In this document: positions 39,329 to 49,320 of the stretch, one piece after another
Position numbering within the stretch: the stretch's first letter is position 1
Layout of the letters: each line of letters starts with the position of its first letter
NCBI GenBank assembly: GCA_965231075.1
Contig: OZ246412.1
Location: forward strand, 91,903 to 155,902
Reading direction: 5' to 3'
DNA length: 64,000 nucleotides
Source: an uncultured Candidatus Saccharibacteria bacterium
GTDB lineage: Bacteria > Patescibacteriota > Minisyncoccia > RBG-13-40-8-A
Position numbers and translations under genes: made by a program
The notes under the pieces: generated by a model
Databases searched by the model: none
The model's input: the letters and a program-made list of their open reading frames with translations, nothing else
Told to the model about the DNA's origin: nothing

Positions 39329-39538
39329 GTGGCCATTTTAAAAACCATGAATATTTTAAATAAGTTAACCAACTATTTAAAAGAGGTTAAGGTGGAGATT
39401 AAGAAAGTAAATATGCCCACCAAACAAGAAACCATCAAATACACCCTAATTGTTATTGGGTTGAGTTTGGTTATTGCGATTTTCTTGGGTGGTTTAGATT
39501 TTTTGTTTACATTTTTGGTTAGTAAATTTTTACTTTAA
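39329..39538 (+). CDS. secE: preprotein translocase subunit SecE
   Basis: Small single-TM protein directly upstream of nusG-rplK (conserved secE-nusG-rplK order). May start at the internal Met at 39347. Confidence 0.65.
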   Translation: MAILKTMNILNKLTNYLKEVKVEIKKVNMPTKQETIKYTLIVIGLSLVIAIFLGGLDFLFTFLVSKFLL

Positions 39539-39541
39539 AAT

Positions 39542-40087
39542 ATGCCCAAACAAGAAACCACAGGCGAAAGACACTGGTACGCGATTCATACTTATCCTGC
39601 ATCCGAAGATACGGTGGCTTTTAATTTAAAACAGAGAATTGAATCTTTGGGAATGGGTGATAAGATTTTTAATGTTGTTGTTCCTAAAGAGAAAAAAATA
39701 AAAATCAAAGGCGGAAAAAGACAGGTGATTGAAGAGAAATTTTTTCCTAATTATGTTTTTGTCGACATGATTGTAACCGATGATTCTTGGTATGTGGTTA
39801 GAAACACGCCTCGAGTTACAGGTTTTATTGGTTCGGGGATTACTCCTGTTCCGGTTTCTGATGAAGAAATTACCAAAATCTTGAAGGCTGAAGTTAAAGA
39901 AGAGCCAACCTATAAAATTGATGTGGAGATCGGCGATATCGTTAAAATTTCTGACGGACCATTTAAAGACATGGAAGGAAAAATTAATGACGTTGACCAA
40001 GGTAAGGGGAAAATTAAAGTTTTAGTAAATATGTTCGGCCGGGAAACACCAGTCGAATTAGACTTCTTACAAGTAAAGAAAATATAA
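39542..40087 (+). CDS. nusG: transcription termination/antitermination factor NusG
   Basis: NGN domain ([12 protein letters not shown]) and C-terminal KOW ([18 protein letters not shown]). Confidence 0.85.
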   Translation: MPKQETTGERHWYAIHTYPASEDTVAFNLKQRIESLGMGDKIFNVVVPKEKKIKIKGGKRQVIEEKFFPNYVFVDMIVTDDSWYVVRNTPRVTGFIGSGITPVPVSDEEITKILKAEVKEEPTYKIDVEIGDIVKISDGPFKDMEGKINDVDQGKGKIKVLVNMFGRETPVELDFLQVKKI

Positions 40088-40088
40088 A

Positions 40089-40514
40089 ATGGCAAAAGAA
40101 ATAAAGACAATAATTAAAATACAACTTCCAGCCGGGGGAGCAACACCTGCTCCGCCAGTGGGTACGGTTTTGGGTCCGCACGGATTAAACTTACAAGATT
40201 TCTGTTCGAAATTTAATGAAGCAACCAAAGCCAAAATGGGCAATGTTATTCCTGCAGAAATTACGATTTATACCGACAGAAGTTTTACATTCGTATTAAA
40301 AACTCCACCCGCAGCTGATTTATTAAAAAAAGCAGCGGGAATTGAGAAGGGTTCAGGAGTTCCCCAAAAAGATAAAGTGGGAAAAGTTACCAAGGCTCAA
40401 GTCAGAGAAATCGCCGAAACAAAAATGCCAGACTTGAACGCGGATGACATTGAAGCAGCCATGAAAATCATCGAAGGCACAGCGAAGAACATGGGAATTG
40501 AAGTGAAAGATTAG
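40089..40514 (+). CDS. rplK: 50S ribosomal protein L11
   Basis: [17 protein letters not shown]...LG and FTF...KTPPA motifs. Confidence 0.9.
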   Translation: MAKEIKTIIKIQLPAGGATPAPPVGTVLGPHGLNLQDFCSKFNEATKAKMGNVIPAEITIYTDRSFTFVLKTPPAADLLKKAAGIEKGSGVPQKDKVGKVTKAQVREIAETKMPDLNADDIEAAMKIIEGTAKNMGIEVKD

Positions 40515-40545
40515 CCCTGCGTTAAATTTAAATTTAAACAAATAA

Positions 40546-40576
40546 AATCGTCTTTTCATTAAGACGATTTTTTTGA
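40546..40576 (+). terminator. intrinsic terminator after rplK
   Basis: aaatcgtcttttcattaagacgattt followed by ttttg. Confidence 0.55.
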
Positions 40577-40697
40577 TTATAGAAAGGCGCAATATGATTA
40601 TTAAGCCCTTGATTTTTTCAAAGGCTTTTGGTACGATGTGGTTGTTAAGCCAAATTTACGGAGGGCTTGATAAATGTTCTTAAAAGAGGAGGACGGC

Positions 40698-41072
40698 ATG
40701 ATAAGCGATACGGTTCGTTTCGAATTGTGGAAAACGCTACTACAAAACCCTAAAGACTTGAATGATTCGGTCATCGAGACACTGCTTCAAGAAGAGAATG
40801 CGAAATGGATAAAAGAAAAGATAAGTTTTCTTTATTATTCATTTCCAAATTATCTCAAACGCATTCAGTCGTATCGTGCCAAAAAGCAGGAAATGAAAAA
40901 ACTTTCCAATGAGGAGCTTCTGGCGATCAGGGCAAAAATAGCAGATCGCAGGGCACATATTTTAAGAACGGTGCCCGATGAAGACCTTGGCGATAGCTTT
41001 TTTGAATTGCCGTCAATGGATTCCGACGAAAACATCGTATACGAGATTCTCGAAGAAAGAGGGATTAGCTGA
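40698..41072 (+). CDS. hypothetical protein (124 aa), moderately GC-rich foreign-looking gene
   Basis: Strong RBS AGAGGAGGA. GC ~45% with atypical codons. Bracketed by terminators (40546-40576 and 41084-41118). Confidence 0.45.
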   Translation: MISDTVRFELWKTLLQNPKDLNDSVIETLLQEENAKWIKEKISFLYYSFPNYLKRIQSYRAKKQEMKKLSNEELLAIRAKIADRRAHILRTVPDEDLGDSFFELPSMDSDENIVYEILEERGIS

Positions 41073-41083
41073 GCATCGAAATC

Positions 41084-41118
41084 TCCCGTCAATTAGCGAA
41101 AGCGGTTGACGGGTTTTT
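41084..41118 (+). terminator. intrinsic terminator
   Basis: cccgtcaattagcgaaagcggttgacggg followed by tttttatttt. Confidence 0.55.
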
Positions 41119-41178
41119 ATTTTGCGCCACAGAAAAAAAGCGGTTGGAAAAGACCGCTTTTTATGTTATGATAAAAAC

Positions 41179-42087
41179 ATGAAAAATTATGATTTGATTA
41201 TTATTGGTGCTGGACCGGCGGGGGTTTCGGCGGGAGTTTATGCTAAGAATTTTGGCATAAATTGTTTAGTTATTGGCGAAACGTCAGGAGGAACAATCAA
41301 CACCGCATACAAGGTAGAAAATTATCCGGGAATTTTTAACGTTACCGGCAAAGAACTAGGCGAAAAAATGGAAGAACATCTCAATCACTTAGAAGTGCCA
41401 ATCGCCAAAGAAAGAGTAAACAAGATTTTAAAAGACAAGGATCAATTTAAAGTTGTTACCGAACAAAATGAATATCAGGCCAAAACAATTATCTTGGCAC
41501 TAGGCACAGAAGCCAAAAAAATTGAAATTAAAAATATAAATAAATTTGAACAAAAAGGCGTGAGTTATTGTTCAAAAAATTGTGTTTCATTGTTTAAACA
41601 AAAAAATATTGTAATTGTTGGGGGCGCAAATGCGGCAGTGATGGGGGCGGTGATGCTCGCCGAAGAAGCAGAAAAGATTTACTTGGTTTATAGAAAAGAC
41701 AAATTAAGAGCCGATGATTTGTGGGTTAAGAGAGTTGAAGAATTAAAAAATATCGAAACGATTTATAATGCCAATGTTGTTGAAGCGAACGGTAAAGATT
41801 GGCTAGAGGAAGTGGTTTTAGATAATGGTAAAAAATTAGAAGTGAGCGGTTTAATTATTGAAGCGGGTTCAGTGCCGAACACGGTTTTATTGCAGGATCT
41901 GGGTGTGGAAACGAATGAATTTGGTTTCATCAAAGTAGACGAAGCCCAAAAAACAAATATTGTTGGCGTGTTTGCTGCTGGCGATATAACCACTGGTTCT
42001 AATAATTTCCGCCAAGTGGTTACCGCTGTTTCCGAGGGTGCAATCGCCACATTAGAAGCGTTTAAATTTTTAAATAACAAGAAATAA
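41179..42087 (+). CDS. thioredoxin reductase-like FAD/NAD(P)-dependent oxidoreductase
   Basis: DLIIIGAGPAG Rossmann, second GG motif IVIVGGANAAV, FAAGD. Atypical CSKNC in place of the CAxC redox motif. The ORF-track start 41122 would read through a terminator, so a later start was used. Confidence 0.65.
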   Translation: MKNYDLIIIGAGPAGVSAGVYAKNFGINCLVIGETSGGTINTAYKVENYPGIFNVTGKELGEKMEEHLNHLEVPIAKERVNKILKDKDQFKVVTEQNEYQAKTIILALGTEAKKIEIKNINKFEQKGVSYCSKNCVSLFKQKNIVIVGGANAAVMGAVMLAEEAEKIYLVYRKDKLRADDLWVKRVEELKNIETIYNANVVEANGKDWLEEVVLDNGKKLEVSGLIIEAGSVPNTVLLQDLGVETNEFGFIKVDEAQKTNIVGVFAAGDITTGSNNFRQVVTAVSEGAIATLEAFKFLNNKK

Positions 42088-42089
42088 TT

Positions 42090-43166
42090 ATGAGTCATAA
42101 AATCACATTAATCCCTGGTGATGGAACGGGACCAGAAATTGTTTACGCGGTAAAGAAATGTCTTGATGCTGCTGGTGCCAACATTGAGTGGGAAGAAATG
42201 GACGCAGGGCTATCGGCAATTGAAAAATATGGCACACCATTGCCACCCAAAACTCTGGATTCAATTAAGAAAAATAAGATTGCCCTAAAGGGGCCAATCA
42301 CAACTCCGATTGGTACAGGTTTTCGCTCTGTGAATGTGTCCTTAAGGCAAGAATTGGGCCTGTACGCGTGTTTAAGGCCGTGCCGGTCATACACAGGGAT
42401 AAATTCTAAATATAACAACGTCGACATTGTAATTGTCAGAGAAAATAGTGAAGATTTGTATGCGGGGATTGAATTTGAAAAAGACAAACCCGAAACCAAG
42501 GAATTGTTAAAATGGATCAAAGAAAAAACAGGGAAGAATCTTGATTCCAGTACAGCGTTGGGCGTAAAACCAATTTCTGAAAAAGCTTCCCGAAAAATAA
42601 TTGAATTCGCGTTTAAATATGCCAAAGAGAATAATCGTAAAAAAGTCAGCTGTATTCATAAAGCCAATATTATGAAATTTACAGATGGCTTATTTTTAAA
42701 AACGGCCAGAGAAATTGCTGAAAAATATAAAGAAATCGAATTTGAAGAGGTGATTGTCGACAATTTAACCATGCAACTTGTTTTGAGACCAAACAATTTT
42801 GATGTTTTAGTTTTACCAAATTTGTACGGCGATATAATCTCGGATTTATGTGCAGGACTGGTTGGCGGATTAGGAGTAGCGCCGGGAGCGAATATCGGTG
42901 AGGGGATTGCGGTTTTCGAGCCCACACACGGTTCAGCCCCGAAATATACTGGCATGAATAAGGTTAATCCATCAGCAACGCTTTTATCGGCAATTATGAT
43001 GTTGCGACACATTAGTGAAGATAAAATTGCTTTAAAAATCGAAAACGCCTGGAAAGAAGTGATTAAAGATGGGAAAGACGTAACTTATGATTTAAAGTCA
43101 GATAGAAACGACCCCAGTGCTGTGGGGACAATTGAAATGATTGATGCGATTATAAAAAAGCTTTAA
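42090..43166 (+). CDS. isocitrate/isopropylmalate dehydrogenase family protein
   Basis: ITLIPGDGTGPEI, NLYGDIISDLCAGLVGGLGVAPGANIG signature. Confidence 0.8.
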   Translation: MSHKITLIPGDGTGPEIVYAVKKCLDAAGANIEWEEMDAGLSAIEKYGTPLPPKTLDSIKKNKIALKGPITTPIGTGFRSVNVSLRQELGLYACLRPCRSYTGINSKYNNVDIVIVRENSEDLYAGIEFEKDKPETKELLKWIKEKTGKNLDSSTALGVKPISEKASRKIIEFAFKYAKENNRKKVSCIHKANIMKFTDGLFLKTAREIAEKYKEIEFEEVIVDNLTMQLVLRPNNFDVLVLPNLYGDIISDLCAGLVGGLGVAPGANIGEGIAVFEPTHGSAPKYTGMNKVNPSATLLSAIMMLRHISEDKIALKIENAWKEVIKDGKDVTYDLKSDRNDPSAVGTIEMIDAIIKKL

Positions 43167-43209
43167 AAGTGATATAATTAAAATATAACATTTAATATAG
43201 TAAAAATTT

Positions 43210-44241
43210 ATGTTCACAAAAGTAGCAATAAATGGCTTTGGGAGAATTGGTCGAAGTTTTTTAAGATTGGCCCACGAACGAAACGACTTGAGAATTGTGG
43301 CAATAAATGATCTGGCCGATCTAGAAAATCTGGCCTATCTTTTAAAACACGACAGTGTTTACGGCGCATACGATCACAAAGTTAGCGTTGATTTAAAGCA
43401 GAAAAAATTAATTATTGATAACCAAAAAATCGACTTCTTTCAAGAGAAAGACCCAGCGAAATTACCTTGGGCGAGACTGGGGGTGGACGTGGTTGTTGAA
43501 GCAACGGGATTTTTTGATTCCTTTGAAGGAAGTTCTGCACACATTAAAGCCGGAGCGAAAAGAGTGGTGATTACTGCGCCATCAAAAGATGATGATGAAA
43601 GTTTCAAGTTTGGCGGGACCGTGCTTTTGGGAATTAACGAAAAAGACATGTCGAAGGTAAATATCACTTCCAATGGTTCTTGTACAACCAATGCAGTTGC
43701 ACCAGTAATGGCAGTTTTGTCAGAAAATCCCGGAATTAAAAAAGCAGTTTTAAATACCACTCATGCCTACACGGCAACACAAAAAATTGTTGACGGTCCA
43801 GATACCAAAGATTGGCGCAGAGGCAGGGCAGGAGCAATTAGTTTGGTGCCGTCTTCTACGGGAGCAGCGATTACAGTTACAAAAGTTGTGAAAAATTTAA
43901 AAGGCGTATTTGATGGTTTGGCAATCAGGACTCCGGTCCCAACAGTTTCTTTGGCGGACATGACGTTTGTTGCTAATCGAAAAACTTCAGTCGAAGAAAT
44001 TAATAATATTTTAATTGAAGCGTCAAAAAAACCACACTGGAAAGGGATTTTAAGTGTCACTAACGAACAATTGGTTTCTTCAGATTTGATTGGTATTACT
44101 ACCGCAGCGGTTGTGGATTTAGGATTTACAAAAGTTATTGATGGGGACTTGGTGAAGGTTATGGCATGGTACGATAACGAATGGGGTTATTCTTCAACTT
44201 TAGTTGAACACGTAATTAAGGCGGGAAAGTTAATCAAATAA
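43210..44241 (+). CDS. gap: glyceraldehyde-3-phosphate dehydrogenase (type I)
   Basis: INGFGRIGR NAD motif, SNGSCTTNAVAP active-site Cys, WYDNEWGYS. Confidence 0.9.
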   Translation: MFTKVAINGFGRIGRSFLRLAHERNDLRIVAINDLADLENLAYLLKHDSVYGAYDHKVSVDLKQKKLIIDNQKIDFFQEKDPAKLPWARLGVDVVVEATGFFDSFEGSSAHIKAGAKRVVITAPSKDDDESFKFGGTVLLGINEKDMSKVNITSNGSCTTNAVAPVMAVLSENPGIKKAVLNTTHAYTATQKIVDGPDTKDWRRGRAGAISLVPSSTGAAITVTKVVKNLKGVFDGLAIRTPVPTVSLADMTFVANRKTSVEEINNILIEASKKPHWKGILSVTNEQLVSSDLIGITTAAVVDLGFTKVIDGDLVKVMAWYDNEWGYSSTLVEHVIKAGKLIK

Positions 44242-44260
44242 TTTTTAATTTATAAAATTT

Positions 44261-44704
44261 ATGATTTACTTAGGTGCCGATCATGGAGGGTTTAGTTTCA
44301 AAGAAAAAATCAAAGAATATTTAAAAGAACTAAAAACAGATTTTGTTGATTTGGGAAACTTAAAACTTGAACCACAAGACGATTTTGTGGATTATGCTGA
44401 AGCAGTGGCAAATAAAGTTGCTGAAACCAAACAAAAGGGGATATTGATTTGTACTACTGGCGAGGGAATGTGTATGGCGGCCAACAAGATTAAGGGGGTC
44501 AGAGCGGCGTCTCCAACTAATAAAAAAGCCGCACAACAAACCCGAGAACATCTTGATGCTAATATTTTATGTTTAGGTGAACATACAATGTCGTTTCGGG
44601 AAGCAAAAAAAATTATTAAAATTTGGCTGGAAACCGATTTCTTTAACGCTGAAAGATATATCAGAAGAATAAATAAAATTAAAAAACTAGAAAATGAAAA
44701 CTGA
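44261..44704 (+). CDS. rpiB: ribose-5-phosphate isomerase B (RpiB/LacAB family)
   Basis: LGADHGGF, ILICTTGEGMCMAANK motifs. Confidence 0.85.
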   Translation: MIYLGADHGGFSFKEKIKEYLKELKTDFVDLGNLKLEPQDDFVDYAEAVANKVAETKQKGILICTTGEGMCMAANKIKGVRAASPTNKKAAQQTREHLDANILCLGEHTMSFREAKKIIKIWLETDFFNAERYIRRINKIKKLENEN

Positions 44705-45392
44705 AATAATCCCCACAATTTTGGTTAAAACTTTCGAAGAGGTGAAAGAAAGAATAAAGTTAGTTGAAGGACTGGTAGAGTGGGTGCAAATTGATGTCAT
44801 GGACGGCGTTTTTGTTTATAATGAAACCTGGCCACACACTGCTGTGCCTGGAAAAGCAAAAAAGGGTAAAGTATATTTTAAAGAAATTGAAAAATTAAAA
44901 AAAATAGATATTAAGCCAAAACTAGAAATTCATTTAATGGTTGAAAGACCCGAAGAAGAATTTGATAAGTGGCTAGAAGTTGCAGAAAGAATTTTTGTTC
45001 CTTTTGAATCCAAAATTACTAATCGCGAACTAGGAATTCAAGCAATGATCGAAAAAGCACACGCACAAAATAAAGAGTTTGGACTGGTTTTAAACCCAGA
45101 AACGCATTTTGCCGCTGCCTTACCATTTATTAAAGACTTGGATTTGGTTTTATTTATGACTGTTCAACCAGGTTGGGGTGGGCAAGAATTTAAAAATTGG
45201 GTGCTTGATAAAATTAGAGAACTGAGAAAACGATGGCCCAAAGGAAATATCGAGGTTGATGGCGGAGTGAACGACGAAAACATTAAAAGCATTTATGATG
45301 CCGGAGCAAATTTATTCGGCGTGGGCACGCATATTTATCGTAGTAAGGATATTAAAAAAGCAATCGAAAAATTAAATAAAATAATCAAATAA
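44694..45392 (+). CDS. rpe: ribulose-phosphate 3-epimerase
   Basis: IDVMDGVFV, HLMV, QPGWGGQ, EVDGGVN motifs. Confidence 0.85.
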   Translation: MKTEIIPTILVKTFEEVKERIKLVEGLVEWVQIDVMDGVFVYNETWPHTAVPGKAKKGKVYFKEIEKLKKIDIKPKLEIHLMVERPEEEFDKWLEVAERIFVPFESKITNRELGIQAMIEKAHAQNKEFGLVLNPETHFAAALPFIKDLDLVLFMTVQPGWGGQEFKNWVLDKIRELRKRWPKGNIEVDGGVNDENIKSIYDAGANLFGVGTHIYRSKDIKKAIEKLNKIIK

Positions 45393-45400
45393 AACAAATT

Positions 45401-46393
45401 ATGTTTGATGTTATTGCATTCGGTTCAGCGACTCGAGATTTCTTTTTAAGAAGTAAAAATTTTAAAGTTGTAAAAAGCGATGATTTTACCACCGGACAGG
45501 GGATATGTTTTGATTTGGGATCAAAAAATCAAATTGATGATATCTTTTTTGCTTCGGGCGGGGGAGCGACTAATGTTTCAGCAACTTTTGCCTATCAAGG
45601 ATTTAAGGTTGGATGTGTGGGCAAGGTAGGACAAGATCTTGGTGGTGAATCAATTAAAAAAGAATTAAAACAATTAAAAATCAAAGACTTGCTTGTGACC
45701 GATAAAAACAAAATTACCGGACATTCGATCATTCTTTCGGTTTCTGACAAAGAAAGGACAATTTTAAATTATCCGGGAGCCTGTTATGATTTAACTTCTG
45801 AAGACGTTCCGTTCAACAAAATAAAAGCTAAATGGTTTTATATTGCACCTCTGGCAGGAAATTCAGCTAAATCTCTTTTGCCAATCATAAATTATGCCAA
45901 GAAAAATAAAATTAAAGTTGCTTTAAATCCCGGCAAAGATCAATTATCTTTGGGATTGGAAGGATTAAAGGACGTTCTGGAAAGTGTTGACATTTTAAAT
46001 TTAAATCAAGAAGAAGGAGCAAAATTAGCTGAACTGCCATTCGAACAAGAAAATGAAATTTTTAAGAAACTAGATGAATATGTAAAAGGCGTTGTAATTA
46101 TGACTAAAGGGAAAGACGGAGTTGTTGTTTCTGATGGAGAATATATTTACAGCGCGGGAACGTTTCAAGAAGAAAAGTTTGTTGACCGAACTGGGGCCGG
46201 AGATGCATTTGGTTCGGGTTTTGTTTCGGGAATGATGCGTTATGGTACCGTCGAAGAGGCAATAAGATTGGGAACTGCCAACGGCACTGCGGTTGTGGAA
46301 GTTATGGGTGCAAAAAATGGATTATTAACAAGAAAACGTTTTGAAACAGAATCACGTTGGAATAATTTAGAAATTAATAAAGTAAAATTGTAG
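45401..46393 (+). CDS. PfkB-family carbohydrate kinase
   Basis: GGGATN N-terminal motif, DRTGAGDAFGSGFVSG C-terminal signature. Confidence 0.75.
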   Translation: MFDVIAFGSATRDFFLRSKNFKVVKSDDFTTGQGICFDLGSKNQIDDIFFASGGGATNVSATFAYQGFKVGCVGKVGQDLGGESIKKELKQLKIKDLLVTDKNKITGHSIILSVSDKERTILNYPGACYDLTSEDVPFNKIKAKWFYIAPLAGNSAKSLLPIINYAKKNKIKVALNPGKDQLSLGLEGLKDVLESVDILNLNQEEGAKLAELPFEQENEIFKKLDEYVKGVVIMTKGKDGVVVSDGEYIYSAGTFQEEKFVDRTGAGDAFGSGFVSGMMRYGTVEEAIRLGTANGTAVVEVMGAKNGLLTRKRFETESRWNNLEINKVKL

Positions 46394-46519
46394 GCTCAAA
46401 TTATTTATACAAAGACACGTGTTGATTTTTTTAATAAAAAAATCACACTCTATCTCAGCCCCGCGCGGCGGGGCTTCCGATGCGGTCTTTTTAATAAATA
46501 ATTCTCGCTTAGTTTATAT

Positions 46520-47758
46520 ATGAATAGTTACGAATATATAGCAAAAATATTTAGAACCAAACCAGAGGTTGTGAAAGAAATGGAAGAAAAAATGAATAAA
46601 GTTACTGGTAAAACAGGGGTGCTTGATAAAATAGTTAAAGAAAACGAGCGTCGTATTGGCAAAACGTTGTCTGATTTGAATTGTCACGACTATTCTGCAG
46701 AAAACATTGCTCTGGCGCTGATTACTAAATTACAAAAGGATGATCGCGCTGTACATGAATTATTTCGTAAGCCCGATGGAGCAAGCATTGAGGGTTATGA
46801 AACATTATTTAATTTTGCACTGGAGTTAGCTAACACCGAACCCTTGTTTGTGCTTAAAGAAGAGATTGCTAAAGACATTTTAAGAAAAAATCCACCACCA
46901 AATATTATGAAAGTGTTGGGATATAAAGACGTAGAAGAACTTCTAGAAAAAGAAAATCTTTATGAAATTTTTGCTGCCTTTAGATTTGTTGAAGACAAAG
47001 AGTGGATGCATAAAGCATTTGACGAAACCTATAAGAAATTAATTCCCGATGATTTTGAAGAAAGGAAAACTAAATTAATTGTTTTATCAGAAAAGTGGTT
47101 GAAAATCGCCGAAGGATTTGTAAAGAAAAAATATCATAATGTTAGTCATTTAAAAGAATTAGGCGTAGTGTTTGTGATCCCCTTAAAAATTAACACTCCC
47201 GGAGAAACACTAAGAGTGTTTTCAATGGTTTTACACTATTTGCACGAAACAGAATTTTATTCGAAATTGTTTAGAAAAGCAAGTTTATCAGAAAATTTTG
47301 GCAAAAAGGTTATTTCTTTACTGAAGGGGGAAATTTTAGAACAACCCAAAGACGAGCAAAAAATGATTTGGCCAATTATTCAAAGATATTTAGCCAAAGA
47401 TAATCCCAATGATCCATATCTGTTTATTCCTCACGTTAATCCTGAAGCACTGCATTGGAAAAAAACTGAAAAGAATATCAGTGATTTAGGAAAAAGATTC
47501 GAAAACATTGATTTAGAGATGTGGTTTGATTTGGATTGGGCAGGAGGATTTTTTAAGAACAAAAAACAAGAAGAAGAATTAATAAGTTTTGATCTGATTG
47601 ATAACTGGATGGGCCTGGTAAACAAAGAACAAAGCTTAAAGTATCTTTATCACCACCAAGAAGCGCTGTGGAACGAAATTTTTTCTCAATACATGGGCTC
47701 AGAGAATCTAGAAAAATTAATGGTGGATAATTTTGACAAAGGTTATATTGAATTATGA
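46520..47758 (+). CDS. hypothetical protein
   Basis: 412-aa soluble ORF, no motif recognised. Translationally coupled to fba (ATGA overlap). Confidence 0.45.
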   Translation: MNSYEYIAKIFRTKPEVVKEMEEKMNKVTGKTGVLDKIVKENERRIGKTLSDLNCHDYSAENIALALITKLQKDDRAVHELFRKPDGASIEGYETLFNFALELANTEPLFVLKEEIAKDILRKNPPPNIMKVLGYKDVEELLEKENLYEIFAAFRFVEDKEWMHKAFDETYKKLIPDDFEERKTKLIVLSEKWLKIAEGFVKKKYHNVSHLKELGVVFVIPLKINTPGETLRVFSMVLHYLHETEFYSKLFRKASLSENFGKKVISLLKGEILEQPKDEQKMIWPIIQRYLAKDNPNDPYLFIPHVNPEALHWKKTEKNISDLGKRFENIDLEMWFDLDWAGGFFKNKKQEEELISFDLIDNWMGLVNKEQSLKYLYHHQEALWNEIFSQYMGSENLEKLMVDNFDKGYIEL

Positions 47759-48621
47759 AAACGATAGAAATTTTTGAAAAAGCGCAAATACATGGATATG
47801 CAATCGGACAATTTAATGTTTCCACTGACGAACAAATAACAGCAGTAGTTGAGGCGGCCAAAGAATTAAATGCACCAGTGATTATTGGAACATCAGAAGG
47901 GGAGAGAGAATTTATTGGTGTCGATCAAATTGTTGCACTAGTTAGGTCTTGGCAGAAAGAAACTGGATTGCCAATTATCTTGAATGCTGATCACTGCAAA
48001 ACATTCGAAAGCATTAAAGAAGTTGTTGATGCTGGTTACGACAGCGTTCATTTTGACGGATCTAAATTATCGTTTGACGAAAACGTGGCAATCACAAAAC
48101 GAGTCATTGAATATGCAAAAAGTGTAAATCCGGATATTGTTGTAGAAGCGGAAATCGGCTGTTTGCCAGGAGGTTCAGATATTCACGGAGATGTAAAAAT
48201 AAAATTTTCTGATTTAACTCAACCCGAAGAAGCAAAAGAGTTTATTAAACAAACGAAAGTTGATTTGTTGGCAGTTGCCATTGGCAATGTTCATGGCATG
48301 AAGGAAGGAGGCGACGATGATCCACATTTATATATTGATCGCTTAGAAGAAATTAGACGAGCTGTGCCCAGCACGATGTTGGTTTTGCACGGTGGGTCAG
48401 GAACACCAAGAAACGATATGCAGCAAGCAATAAAAAACGGGATAGTGAAAATCAACATCAATACCGAAATCAGGGTGGCCTACAAAAACGCGTTAAAGAA
48501 ATTTTTAGAAGAAAATTTAGACGAAGTTAAGCCATATAAAATTTTATCTCCCGCCATGGAAGCGGTCAAGGAAGTAGTTAAAGATAAAATAATATTATTC
48601 GGAAGTCAGAACAAAGCTTGA
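47755..48621 (+). CDS. fba: class II fructose/tagatose-bisphosphate aldolase
   Basis: YAIGQFNV, IIGTSEGE, DHC, LVLHGGSG motifs. Confidence 0.85.
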   Translation: MKTIEIFEKAQIHGYAIGQFNVSTDEQITAVVEAAKELNAPVIIGTSEGEREFIGVDQIVALVRSWQKETGLPIILNADHCKTFESIKEVVDAGYDSVHFDGSKLSFDENVAITKRVIEYAKSVNPDIVVEAEIGCLPGGSDIHGDVKIKFSDLTQPEEAKEFIKQTKVDLLAVAIGNVHGMKEGGDDDPHLYIDRLEEIRRAVPSTMLVLHGGSGTPRNDMQQAIKNGIVKININTEIRVAYKNALKKFLEENLDEVKPYKILSPAMEAVKEVVKDKIILFGSQNKA

Positions 48622-48655
48622 TTTTTAAATTAAGTTCTGATAGTATAAAAATACT

Positions 48656-49312
48656 ATGGAATTAGAATTGAAAGCCGAAAAAAGAGAAGATGTAGGAAAA
48701 AAATTAGAAACCCTTAGAGAAAAGGGAATCATTCCTGCTGTGGTTTATGGCTCGGGTCATAAGCCAGTTTCGGTTCAAGTCAATTATGAAGAATTCCGAA
48801 AAGTTTTTGAACAATCCGGAGAAAACACGCTTGTTAAATTAAAAGTTGGAAATGAATCCAAAAATGTTTTAATTAACGAAATTGCCAAAGATCCGATGAG
48901 CGACAGATTTATTCATGTTGATTTTTATCAAGTAAGAATGGATCAAGTGATTAAGGCAGAAGTGCCGTTAGTTTTTGAAGGCGAAGCACCGGCAGTTAAG
49001 AACTTAGAGGGTGTTTTAGTTAAGAACATGAATCATATCGAAGTGGAATCGTTACCAAAAGATTTGCCACACGAGATTAAAATTGATATTTCAATACTAG
49101 ATTCTTTTGATAAAAACATTAGAATTAAAGATATTAAATTACCGACCGGAGTGAAAACAGACATTAATTTAGAAGAAGTAATTGTTTCTGTAATACCTCC
49201 AAGAACTGAAGAAGAAATTAAATCTACTGAAGAGGTCAAAGAAACTGTTGAGCCAGAATTAGTTAAGGACGAAAAGAAAACTGACGAAGAGGAGGGAGGA
49301 GCAGAATCATAA
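48656..49312 (+). CDS. rplY: 50S ribosomal protein L25/general stress protein Ctc
   Basis: RE..GK.....R..G.IPAVVYG N-terminal pattern; acidic C-terminal tail. Confidence 0.8.
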   Translation: MELELKAEKREDVGKKLETLREKGIIPAVVYGSGHKPVSVQVNYEEFRKVFEQSGENTLVKLKVGNESKNVLINEIAKDPMSDRFIHVDFYQVRMDQVIKAEVPLVFEGEAPAVKNLEGVLVKNMNHIEVESLPKDLPHEIKIDISILDSFDKNIRIKDIKLPTGVKTDINLEEVIVSVIPPRTEEEIKSTEEVKETVEPELVKDEKKTDEEEGGAES

Positions 49313-49320
49313 TTTTAGTA

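Noticed and set aside
41122-41178. N-terminal extension of the trxB-like ORF (MRHRKKAVGKDRFLCYDKN)
   Set aside because: It reads through two terminator hairpins. The conserved Rossmann N-terminus starts at MKNYDLIIIGAGPAG (41179).
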